Assembly: GCF_000829315.1 (NCBI RefSeq)
Contig: NZ_AP013028.1
Span: 870,001 to 902,000 of the forward strand
DNA from: Wolbachia endosymbiont of Cimex lectularius
Lineage (GTDB): Bacteria > Pseudomonadota > Alphaproteobacteria > Rickettsiales > Anaplasmataceae
Length of the DNA stretch: 32,000 bases
Direction: 5' to 3'
Every line of letters starts with the position of its first letter. Position 1 is the first letter of the stretch. Shown piece by piece: positions 19,081 through 27,621 of this stretch. The notes beneath the pieces were generated by a model that did no database searches, was not told the DNA's origin, and saw only the letters and a list, made by a program, of their open reading frames with translations. The position numbers were made by a program, and so were the translations under genes.

Positions 19081-20283
19081 TTGATAGACTACGAAGAAAT
19101 ATTCTTAAATAAAATCAAAGATATAAAAGAAGAAGGGCGCTATCGGGAATTCACGCATTTTGCGTCGTTGCCTGGCAGGCTTCCCTATATTATGGATTAT
19201 GAAAAAAATAGGGAAGTAATCGTCTGGTGCAGTAATAACTATTTAGGAATGTCACAAAATGAGAGTGTTATTGCCGCTATTCACAACTCATCTGTTGGCG
19301 CGGGGGGAACGAGAAATATCTCCGGTACAACAAAAGAGGTTGTTGAACTTGAGAAATCCCTGGCTTGTTTGCATAACAAGGAGGCTGCTTTAACTTTTGC
19401 TTGTGGCTACCTTGCCAACCAGACTACACTTAGCACTTTATTGTCCGTTATTCCTGACGTGGTAATTTTTTCAGATGAGAAAAACCACTCTTCGATGATA
19501 GAAGGCATAAAGTCAGGAAAAAGACCTAAATATATATTCAGGCATAATGACATTGATCACTTAGAGCAGTTATTAAAGTCTGTGGGTAGAAAAACGCCAA
19601 AAATAATAGCGTTTGAATCCATATATTCAATGGATGGTGATATAGCGCCGCTGAGAGAAATATGCGACTTGGCAGATCAATATAATGCAATTACCTATTT
19701 GGATGAGGTACACGCAGTTGGCATGTATGGCCCGCGTAGTGGCGGAATTGCAGAAAGAGAAGGTCTGATGGATAGAGTGACTGTTATTCAAGGTACATTA
19801 TCGAAAGCTTTTGGAGTGATGGGCGGATATATAGCGTCTTCAAAAAGCTTAGTGGATGTAATAAGAAGTTCCGCTCCAGGGTTTATTTTCACCACTGCTA
19901 TGTCGCCTGTTCTAGCAGCAGCAGCAAAAGCAAGCGTTGAACATTTGAAATTAAGTGACATTGAAAGGGAGAAGCAAAAACAAGTTGTTGAAAAGGTAAA
20001 AAACTCACTGAGAAACGCGGGAATTAATCTTATCCTAACAAGAACTCATATAATTCCGATAATAATTGGTGATCCAGAGTTATCCAAAATAGCATCAAAG
20101 TTATTATTTGATGAGCATGGAATATATGTTCAACATATAAATTACCCAACAGTTCCCAAGGGAACTGAGCGCTTTCGTATTACCCCCACACCTTATCATA
20201 CTGACGAAATGATAAAACATTTAACAGAGTCTCTTGTAAAAGTTTTTGAGAAATTGTCTATCTCTGTGGCTTGTTTATGTTAG
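19081..20283 (+). CDS. hemA: 5-aminolevulinate synthase (ALAS, alpha-oxoamine synthase family).
   Basis: [35 protein letters not shown] and the PLP-lysine motif GTLSKAFG are present in a 400-aa protein. The start appears to be TTG. Confidence 0.93.
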   Translation: MIDYEEIFLNKIKDIKEEGRYREFTHFASLPGRLPYIMDYEKNREVIVWCSNNYLGMSQNESVIAAIHNSSVGAGGTRNISGTTKEVVELEKSLACLHNKEAALTFACGYLANQTTLSTLLSVIPDVVIFSDEKNHSSMIEGIKSGKRPKYIFRHNDIDHLEQLLKSVGRKTPKIIAFESIYSMDGDIAPLREICDLADQYNAITYLDEVHAVGMYGPRSGGIAEREGLMDRVTVIQGTLSKAFGVMGGYIASSKSLVDVIRSSAPGFIFTTAMSPVLAAAAKASVEHLKLSDIEREKQKQVVEKVKNSLRNAGINLILTRTHIIPIIIGDPELSKIASKLLFDEHGIYVQHINYPTVPKGTERFRITPTPYHTDEMIKHLTESLVKVFEKLSISVACLC

Positions 20284-20973
20284 TTTTATATCTCCAGCAA
20301 TGATTAATCCATTGTCTTCTCTTAGCCTTCCGCTACTCTCTTGCAGAAAAAGTTTGCCAAGCAAGGCTTTATATTTGTTAACTCCAGAGTAAACTATTCC
20401 ACTGTATCTTCCTGCGGCAAGGTATGCAAAACCTAAAACTGTTGAACCGATGGAACGTACATTGCTGTTGCTAGGCAGTAACTTATTTAACAAATTACCA
20501 CTTACATCTATTAAGCCTCCTTTACGGCTTTTCATTCGCATTTTTATATGACGAGATCTAAAGTCTTCAAGAAAAGCCCCCTTTTTCTCTTCTGCCCAAA
20601 AAGTTTCTCTGAGAGCTGGAGCATCAATTACGGCTGCTACAACTTTGTTTTTATGGATTAGACAGACCGACACTGCAAAATAAACCATACAACTGGAAAA
20701 ATTCTCTCTGCTTTCTATAGGCATAATGAACCAGGTATAAGTATCATCTTTTATTTCTTGATCAGTATTGTCTTCAAAGATAAAACCGTAGTCTTGCTTA
20801 TAATCATGTAAGCGATTGTATATAGTTTGCTTGCATCTTGAGTAAGTTTTATTAATAAAGTCTGCTGACTTGATATTGGAAATTTGCAATTCATTAAAAT
20901 CACGCATAAGCTGCTTGGAAGCACTGCGTACAGAATCAAGCATCACATTAATCCGTGGTGATGAAATGGACAT
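20275..20973 (-). CDS. Inositol monophosphatase/SuhB-fold protein with degenerate catalytic motifs.
   Basis: The overall IMPase-family pattern and length class are present. However, motif A reads [12 protein letters not shown] instead of W.iDPiDGT.NF, and the WD.aAG motif is replaced by NKYKALLG. It lies immediately downstream of efp on the same strand. Confidence 0.6.
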   Translation of the reverse strand: MSISSPRINVMLDSVRSASKQLMRDFNELQISNIKSADFINKTYSRCKQTIYNRLHDYKQDYGFIFEDNTDQEIKDDTYTWFIMPIESRENFSSCMVYFAVSVCLIHKNKVVAAVIDAPALRETFWAEEKKGAFLEDFRSRHIKMRMKSRKGGLIDVSGNLLNKLLPSNSNVRSIGSTVLGFAYLAAGRYSGIVYSGVNKYKALLGKLFLQESSGRLREDNGLIIAGDIKLT

Positions 20974-20981
20974 TCTTCCTT

Positions 20982-21548
20982 TTACTCTTTTACCCTTTCG
21001 TAATAGCTGTCATCGGGGGTATATACTACAATTTTGTCCTCTTCTTTTATAAATTGAGGCACGTTAACGCGCATTCCGTTTTCTAAAATTGCAGGTTTAT
21101 AAGAGGAAGTAACAGTCTGCCCCTTAATAACAGACTCTGTTTCTTTTACAGTCAATGTAACGTAATCAGGCACATGCGCAGAGATTATTTTATCCTGGTA
21201 AGTTACTACTTTGACTTTCATATTATCCTGTAAATAAATCTTTTTTTCTCCTAATAAGTCCAAATTTATAGCGATCTGCTCGTAATTACTCGGATGCATA
21301 AGGTTTACAATATTTCCTTCAGTAAAGAGATAAACATACTCCTCTTCATCTAAAATTGCTCTTCTGATTGTTGCATCAGAGCGGAACCTTTCATAGTGTT
21401 TTGCTCCGGTTTTAATGTTCTTCATTTCTGCTTGTATGTATGCACCACCCTTGCCAGGCTGAGTATGCATAATACTTACAACCAAAAACAAACCGCCATT
21501 GTGTTCCAACACTTGACCTGGCCTAATATCATTAGCTCTTTCTGCCAT
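20982..21548 (-). CDS. efp: Elongation factor P.
   Basis: The protein is 188 aa. The loop motif HTQPGKGGAYIQAEMKN carries the conserved Lys. The three-domain length is typical of EF-P. Confidence 0.95.
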   Translation of the reverse strand: MAERANDIRPGQVLEHNGGLFLVVSIMHTQPGKGGAYIQAEMKNIKTGAKHYERFRSDATIRRAILDEEEYVYLFTEGNIVNLMHPSNYEQIAINLDLLGEKKIYLQDNMKVKVVTYQDKIISAHVPDYVTLTVKETESVIKGQTVTSSYKPAILENGMRVNVPQFIKEEDKIVVYTPDDSYYERVKE

Positions 21549-21610
21549 AATTAAACTTTCAGCTTGATCTCATAATTATAAGTGCTTTTTTATAAATATC
21601 AAAACCTTTG

Positions 21611-22117
21611 TTAATCAATGAATTCTGGCATATTGAGTGCTATATACCTTTCCTTTACGTTTATATGCGGAAATATCTCTTTAGTAAAAGACAGCATAAT
21701 ATTCTTTTTTGTGCCGATGACTGAAATTTCCAATACATCTCCTGAACCGAAATTGTGTATAGATTCTACATAGCCATATAATTCATTATTCTCTAGCCTT
21801 ACTTCCATATTTATAAGGTCACTTTGATAAAGCTCATTCTCATCATTTAATTGTGGTAGCTTGTCCCTTTTTATGTATAGTTTCTTATTTCTTAAAAGCT
21901 CTGCTTCGTTACGAGAATTTACTCCGCTTATCGTGGCTATTACTAAATTATCACCTATGACAGATACTGAGTCTATCTTGTAACTCTCATCACCACTTAT
22001 CAGCTCACCATATAGAGAAATATTTTCGGGTTTTTCAGTGAAAGTTTTTACTTTAACGGCTCCTTTAATTCCATGAGGAGAAGTAATGATTCCGAGGTAT
22101 ACTAAATTGTCGTTCAT
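21611..22117 (-). CDS. rimM: 16S rRNA processing protein RimM.
   Basis: The protein is 168 aa. The N-terminal [24 protein letters not shown] pattern and the PRC-barrel C-terminus are typical of RimM. Confidence 0.85.
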   Translation of the reverse strand: MNDNLVYLGIITSPHGIKGAVKVKTFTEKPENISLYGELISGDESYKIDSVSVIGDNLVIATISGVNSRNEAELLRNKKLYIKRDKLPQLNDENELYQSDLINMEVRLENNELYGYVESIHNFGSGDVLEISVIGTKKNIMLSFTKEIFPHINVKERYIALNMPEFID

Positions 22118-22203
22118 GTTAATATGATAATCAAAACTTGTTTTTTTGTCTACAGCGTTGGAAGCAATAGGTAACAGTGAAAAAAGCTATAACGTCATCC
22201 AAT

Positions 22204-22450
22204 AGAAATAAAAAAAACTACTTGACAACCTTCGCCGTTACCCTTATAATGATACTGAAGCTATTTGTTTAACTTCCCAATCTGTGCACTGCATGTCTTT
22301 TTAAAACTTCGGGTTTTTACCCATACAAGCTGAAACGCGCTTATAAGTCGTTTAAGACATCACCCAACGCCGGATTTTAAAATAGAGAGTGGAATAACTA
22401 GCTACCTCGGGGTTTTATTGTCCTTTTTCCCTGTCTGGTAAATTTCTTAA
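22204..22450 (+). repeat. Copy C of the promoter-bearing repeat. It is inverted relative to copies A and B, has one ~110-bp sub-unit only, and lacks a 64-bp internal segment.
   Basis: Its reverse complement aligns to 8975..9275 and 13900..14197. The segment corresponding to 9136..9199 is absent. Confidence 0.85.
22222..22250 (+). promoter_or_regulatory. Perfect sigma70 consensus promoter (TTGACA-17 nt-TATAAT) with an upstream A-tract, inside repeat copy C.
   Basis: TTGACA lies at 22222..22227, the spacer accttcgccgttaccct (17 nt) follows, and TATAAT lies at 22245..22250. AAATAAAAAAAA at 22207..22218 resembles an UP element. Confidence 0.6.
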
Positions 22451-22606
22451 GCATAAAGGTTATACTAACTTTCGTTATCAAACAAGATACATAATAAACT
22501 CGCTAAACCTCTAATCGTAGGGAAGCTTTTCAATTTGTCCCTGGGATTTGGTATAATAATGGGATTTGATATTAGTATCAATAAATTACTTATAAAAGCA
22601 GATCTT

Positions 22607-24659
22607 ATGGAAAGCAGGGCTAAAGCTTGGTTCGTTTGGCTGATCAGTAACTTGATTGTTATATTCAGCAACATGCAGATAATTTATACTTTATATAAGC
22701 GTAGATCTTGAAAAAGAACTTGGGCTCACGATCGCGCAAGTTGCACTGGCTAACTCAGCGTATAATTGGACTTTTGCCATCTCACAGTTTGTTAGTGGGG
22801 CAATGTTTAATGTTTTTTCCAGTAAAAGAATCTACTTCTTCTCATTATCAACTATGATCCTTGGGTTTCTTGTTCTTATTGATAGTGAAAACTTCTCCCA
22901 TTTGATTTTATCTCAAGTGTTAATTGCAATTGGAGCGTCGTTTGGTTTTATTGGGGCTGCTCATATAAGTAGCACCTGTTTTCCCGTTGCCCAATTTGGG
23001 CTGGTGTTTTCACTAGTGCAGACAATTTCAAGCCTTTCTGCACTGGTAATTCAAATATTGTTCTCTAGCTTTCTCGCTGAAGGGTATATATTGGAAAAAT
23101 CTGATCATGTGCATAATACTACTTGGTGTGTCAATATTTGTGCTTATGTTCTTCTACCCAGAAGCACTCTTAGAACCTGTTTAAAATCTTGGAAATGTGA
23201 GGTAAAGTAAGCATAGATTAATAATGAGGTGTCTATGCAGAAAAGTTATCCAAGTAATATAAGTCAAGAGCAGTTTGAAAAAATCAGGCCAATTTTGGAG
23301 AGTAGCAAGCAGAAAACAAAACCAAGAAAACTTGATTTGTATGACGTATTTTGTGGGGTGTTGTACGTCTTAAAAAGTGGTTGTCAGTGGAGGATGTTAC
23401 CAAAGGGTTTTCCAAGATGGGAAAGCGTATATTACTATTTTCGAGTGTGGAGTAAAAAGAATGGAGAAGAGCCAAGCTTGTTGGAATTAGTCTTAAAAAA
23501 AATTAGTTGGAGAGGTCCGTATCAGCAATGGTCGGAAAGAGAAAACTAGCTTTTGTATAATTGATTCTCAAAGCGTTAAAAACGCAGATACTGCTGAAAA
23601 AAAAAGGCTATGATGCAGGTAAAAAGATTTCAGGGATAAAGCGCCATATTGCAGTTGATACACAAGGTTTGCCACATGCAATTTATGTAACAACGGCAGA
23701 AGCAACTGACCGTAGCAGTGCTGTGAAAATGGTCGAAAATGCTAAAGCAAACCTCTCTGAAGTTAAAAACATACTGGTTGATGCTGGCTACACAGGAGAA
23801 AATTTTGCAACACAAATAAAAGCTATCATTGGTGCGACTGTTGAAGTAATAAGCGAAGTGAGTTACACACTTTCGTCGTATTGCCAAAAAGATGGGTTGT
23901 TGAACGCTCTTTTGCCTGGTTAGAAAAGTGCAGGCGATTGTGGAAAAATTGCGAGCGGAAGCTCAACACTAGCTTACAGATGATAGTCCTCTCCTTCATT
24001 TCTCTCCTGTTACGAAGATTTTAAACAGGTTCTTAGAAAGAAGTTTAGAAAAACACACAATAAAAAGCTCCATAAAAACGGTAATATGTTCTATATTTAC
24101 AGTGCTAAAATTAAAAGATATCTGGATAACCTCAATAGTGGGTGCTATTACTTTTGGAACATTTTTAGCGCTTAACACCTTATGGGCACCGAGGTTGTTG
24201 AGCAACTCAGAACTTGATGCAATGGGATCAGGTATAGCAACTGCAGTGTTATGGCTTGGTCTTGCAATTGGTGCACCGATTGCAGATCGAATCTCAAACT
24301 TATTTAAAAATAGAAAGCATGTAATCTCCGCTTTCGCTCTGCTACAAGGCGTTTCGATTATTATTTTACTATGCAGCCATTTGACGGTTCATATCGTATA
24401 TTCTTGTATGTTAATGTTTGGGTTTTTTGCGGGAGGACATATGCTTAATTTTACTGTTGGCAGTGAAATTGTAGAGCGAAAACGCATTAGCACGTCGTCA
24501 TCTGTTATCAATGGATTTATGTTTATCGTGGGTGGAATCATAGCATCAACGCTAGCACTTTTTACGGATCATCAAATGGCGCTTCTTACAATATTTGCAG
24601 CATTGGCAACTGCCAGTATTTTAAATTATGCTACAAAAGAGACATACCCTAAAAAATAA
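22607..24659 (+). pseudogene. MFS transporter disrupted by two frameshifts and an IS insertion.
   Basis: There are four colinear frame segments: 22607..~22700, ~22683..~23085, ~23085..23172 and 24036..24659. The encoded TM-rich sequence is MFS-like, for example DLEKELGLTIAQVALANSAYNWTFAISQFVSGAMFN. Removing the IS and one TTA restores ...FFYPEALLERSLEKHT... in frame. Confidence 0.8.
23173..24032 (+). mobile_element. IS5-family insertion sequence, copy 1 (860 bp), with a degraded transposase.
   Basis: Terminal inverted repeats are gaacctgtttaaaatctt and aagattttaaacaggttc. TTA direct repeats lie at 23170..23172 and 24033..24035. Relative to copy 2, the transposase reading frames (23229..24024) carry A9 instead of A10 at 23597..23605 and a 1-bp deletion at about 23851. 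Confidence 0.9.
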
Positions 24660-24713
24660 AGTAGCTGAATCTTGAGTTAATTGTTATATTATATTCACAT
24701 ATTATAATAAATT

Positions 24714-25019
24714 ATGGATTATGTTACAACAAAAGATATGACAGTAACTAAAGCAACAATAGCTGAGGATATAAATCGAGAAATTGGTTTATCAAAAGAA
24801 GACTCTGCTGCAATAATAGACGATATATTGGATGAGATAAAGGCAAGCTTAGTGAAGGATGGAATAGTCAAAATATCATCCTTTGGAACGTTCTTGGTTA
24901 AAAAAAAGAAGGAAAGGCCAGGAAATGTACCAAATACACCAAAAAAAGTAGTAGTTCAGGCAAGAAATTCAGTTTCTTTTAGACCTTCAAAAGTGATAAA
25001 AAAATTAATCAATGAATAA
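24714..25019 (+). CDS. ihfA: Integration host factor alpha subunit (HU/IHF family).
   Basis: LSKEDSAAIIDDILDEIKASLVKDGIVKISSFGTFLVKKKKERPGNVPNTPKKVVVQARNSVSFRPSKVIK parallels E. coli IHF-alpha (LSKRDAKELVELFFEEI...VKLSGFGNF...RPGRNPKTGE...ARRVVTFRPGQKLK). The true start may be the ATG at 24738. Confidence 0.85.
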   Translation: MDYVTTKDMTVTKATIAEDINREIGLSKEDSAAIIDDILDEIKASLVKDGIVKISSFGTFLVKKKKERPGNVPNTPKKVVVQARNSVSFRPSKVIKKLINE

Positions 25020-25347
25020 GAAAAAATTACTCTACACGATCGGAGAAGTAGCTGAAGAGCTACATGTGGAACAGCATGTTTTAAGATTCTGGGAAAGCCA
25101 ATTTCGTCAAATTAAGCCTATAAAACGTAAGGGAAGAAGGCTATATGATCATAAGTGTATAGAGGCTATAAAGAAAATAAAGTATATGTTATATGATAAA
25201 GGATATACAATAAAAGGAGTGCAAAAAGAATTTAATAATGATGTAAAAATCGATCACGGCTCAAAGGATTTATTACAAGAACTTACCGACCTAAGAGACT
25301 ATTTAATTAGTAAAATAAATAGTGAAGAAGGTAATGAACGGCCGTAA
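25012..25347 (+). CDS. MerR-family HTH transcriptional regulator.
   Basis: YTIGEVAEELHVEQHVLRFWESQF...RLYDHKCIEAIKKIKYMLYDKGYTIKGV is a typical MerR N-terminal wHTH. It overlaps ihfA by 8 nt. Confidence 0.85.
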   Translation: MNKKKLLYTIGEVAEELHVEQHVLRFWESQFRQIKPIKRKGRRLYDHKCIEAIKKIKYMLYDKGYTIKGVQKEFNNDVKIDHGSKDLLQELTDLRDYLISKINSEEGNERP

Positions 25348-25717
25348 GCGCAGTGCAGATGTATGTCATATAGCCGGAGGACTAATTAAGAAAGTGTGAG
25401 CTCACGTTAAAGAATGGTTAAAAAGGTACCCGTGTAAATTCCCAAACATCATGAGAACTCTCTTAATACGTAACTTGCGATTAAGAAAAAATCAATACAT
25501 TCACAGTAGATTCAGCTTATATCTATGTTTTTTGTGTGGATGTTGGAATGGAAATTTACGCAGGCAAAGAAAGAAGAATAGCGAATGTAGTGACTCAGCA
25601 CTGGAGTGAAATAAAAGGATCAGATAGAGACTGGCCAGAAAGGCATGAGATAGATACTGCCGAAATAATGGAATCTTGGCAGCATTGTTTTATTATTGAA
25701 GTTAATGACCGAGGTTA

Positions 25718-26579
25718 GAACCTGTTTAAAATCTTGGAAATGTGAGGTAAAGTAAGCATAGATTAATAATGAGGTGTCTATGCAGAAAAGTTATCCAAGT
25801 AATATAAGTCAAGAGCAGTTTGAAAAAATCAGGCCAATTTTGGAGAGTAGCAAGCAGAAAACAAAACCAAGAAAACTTGATTTGTATGACGTATTTTGTG
25901 GGGTGTTGTACGTCTTAAAAAGTGGTTGTCAGTGGAGGATGTTACCAAAGGGTTTTCCAAGATGGGAAAGCGTATATTACTATTTTCGAGTGTGGAGTAA
26001 AAAGAATGGAGAAGAGCCAAGCTTGTTGGAATTAGTCTTAAAAAAAATTAGTTGGAGAGGTCCGTATCAGCAATGGTCGGAAAGAGAAAACTAGCTTTTA
26101 TATAATTGATTCTCAAAGCGTTAAAAACGCAGATACTGCTGAAAAAAAAAAGGCTATGATGCAGGTAAAAAGATTTCAGGGATAAAGCGCCATATTGCAG
26201 TTGATACACAAGGTTTGCCACATGCAATTTATGTAACAACGGCAGAAGCAACTGACCGTAGCAGTGCTGTGAAAATGGTCGAAAATGCTAAAGCAAACCT
26301 CTCTGAAGTTAAAAACATACTGGTTGATGCTGGCTACACAGGAGAAAATTTTGCAACACAAATAAAAGCTATCATTGGTGCGACTGTTGAAGTAATAAAG
26401 CGAAGTGAGTTACACACTTTCGTCGTATTGCCAAAAAGATGGGTTGTTGAACGCTCTTTTGCCTGGTTAGAAAAGTGCAGGCGATTGTGGAAAAATTGCG
26501 AGCGGAAGCTCAACACTAGCTTACAGATGATAGTCCTCTCCTTCATTTCTCTCCTGTTACGAAGATTTTAAACAGGTTC
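25718..26579 (+). mobile_element. IS5-family insertion sequence, copy 2 (862 bp), the better preserved copy.
   Basis: It has the same terminal inverted repeats as copy 1. TTA direct repeats lie at 25715..25717 and 26580..26582. It differs from copy 1 at only three positions that I could find: one substitution and two homopolymer indels. Confidence 0.92.
25774..26571 (+). CDS. IS5-family DDE transposase encoded in three frame segments joined at poly-A tracts.
   Basis: Segment 1 is 25774..26094 (HTH part, MQKSYPSNISQEQFEKIRPILE...). Segment 2 is ~26048..26185 (LVGEVRISNGRKEKTSFYIIDSQSVKNADTAEKK). Segment 3 is 26143..26571 (GYDAGKKISGIKRHIAVDTQGLPHA...VDAGYTGENF...[16 protein letters not shown]). 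The A8 tract at 26040..26047 and the A10 tract at 26142..26151 sit at the joins. Confidence 0.7.
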
Positions 26580-27009
26580 TTATATCTGTGAAAATGCGGG
26601 AGAAAAGGCTGTTGAGTTCTATGGTTTTGAAAAGAACATGTGTATTGATAGTAAGTATGCAGTTGATGCACCATTTTTGCGGCTGTATAAAGTAGACGCA
26701 GTTATTGATAAACTTGATACTGTAGTAGATAGTAAGTGCCCAATCAACGAAGAAGAAGAAAGTGAAAGTGTTAAAATGAGGCAAGTATTGTTGCCGCTTG
26801 GAGATAGAGAAGGTATAACACATATATTGGGCGTAATTACATTTAAGCTCCTTTAATATGCAATTTTAGCTTGTATTGTAGCTTCAGATTACATATTATA
26901 GTAGTATTGTAGCTTGTAAGTTGCAATACTATTTGATTCTTTAATAAAGTTATTTATGTTACTAACTAATTGCTACTAAAGAATTCAATGATAATGTTTG
27001 TGAATTTAT

Positions 27010-27216
27010 ATGAAGAGAATGAAATTGAAAACCAAATCTTCCGTTAAAAAGCGCTTTAATCTTACAGCTAAAGGCAAAGTTATTTCTACTCAATCAGGCA
27101 AAAGGCATGGCATGATAAAGAGGAGTAAATCCAACATTCGTAACCAGCGTGGTACAACGATTCTTGGTAAATCTGACTCGCGTATAGTTAAGCTTTACAT
27201 GCCTTATGGTATTTAA
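27010..27216 (+). CDS. rpmI: 50S ribosomal protein L35.
   Basis: [21 protein letters not shown]...GKRHGM is the L35 signature. The true start is possibly the ATG at 27019. rplT follows. Confidence 0.92.
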   Translation: MKRMKLKTKSSVKKRFNLTAKGKVISTQSGKRHGMIKRSKSNIRNQRGTTILGKSDSRIVKLYMPYGI

Positions 27217-27236
27217 CAAAATGGAGGTAAAATAGA

Positions 27237-27602
27237 ATGGCTCGAGTAAAACGTGGGGTTACTACTCATGCTCGTCACAAGAAAATATTAAAGTTAGCAA
27301 AGGGCTATAGAGGACGTGCAAAAAGTTGTTACAGAATTGCTTTACAAAGAGTTGAAAAAGCATTACAATATGCTTATAGGGACAGAAGAAATCGCAAGCG
27401 CGATTTTCGCAGCCTGTGGATAATACGTGTCAATGCAGCAGTAAGAGAGCATGGGCTTACTTATGGTAGATTCATGTATGGCCTCACGCTTGCTGGAATT
27501 AGTTTAAATAGAAAAGTCCTTGCTGAAATGGCTGTTAATTATAAAGATGATTTTGCAGAACTAGTAGAAACTGTAAGCGGCAAATTAGCAGAAAATTCTT
27601 GA
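27237..27602 (+). CDS. rplT: 50S ribosomal protein L20.
   Basis: [27 protein letters not shown]...[18 protein letters not shown] is the canonical L20 sequence. Confidence 0.97.
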   Translation: MARVKRGVTTHARHKKILKLAKGYRGRAKSCYRIALQRVEKALQYAYRDRRNRKRDFRSLWIIRVNAAVREHGLTYGRFMYGLTLAGISLNRKVLAEMAVNYKDDFAELVETVSGKLAENS

Positions 27603-27621
27603 TTTCTTTAAGCAAAGCAGC

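Larger units (their letters stand above)
25536..26856 (+). pseudogene. PAS_5 (DUF1457)-like small protein split by an IS insertion.
   Basis: The 5' part 25536..25717 (probable ATG at 25548) and the 3' part 26583..26856 join in frame once the IS and one TTA are removed (...IIEVNDRGYICENAGEKAVEFYGF...). The patterns HWSEIKGSDRDWPERHEIDTAEI and VLLPLGDREGITHILGV fit the PAS_5 family from memory. Confidence 0.6.

Noticed and set aside
22465-22674. 69-aa minus-strand ORF upstream of or overlapping the MFS gene start.
   Set aside because: It overlaps the MFS N-terminal coding segment in antisense and has no motif or RBS support.
25396-25405. Perfect 10-bp palindrome gtgagctcac between the merR-family gene and the PAS_5-like gene, considered as a possible operator.
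   Set aside because: A perfect 10-bp palindrome is expected by chance roughly 30 times in 32 kb (32000 x 4^-5). It has no promoter-like hexamers in MerR-type spacing around it.
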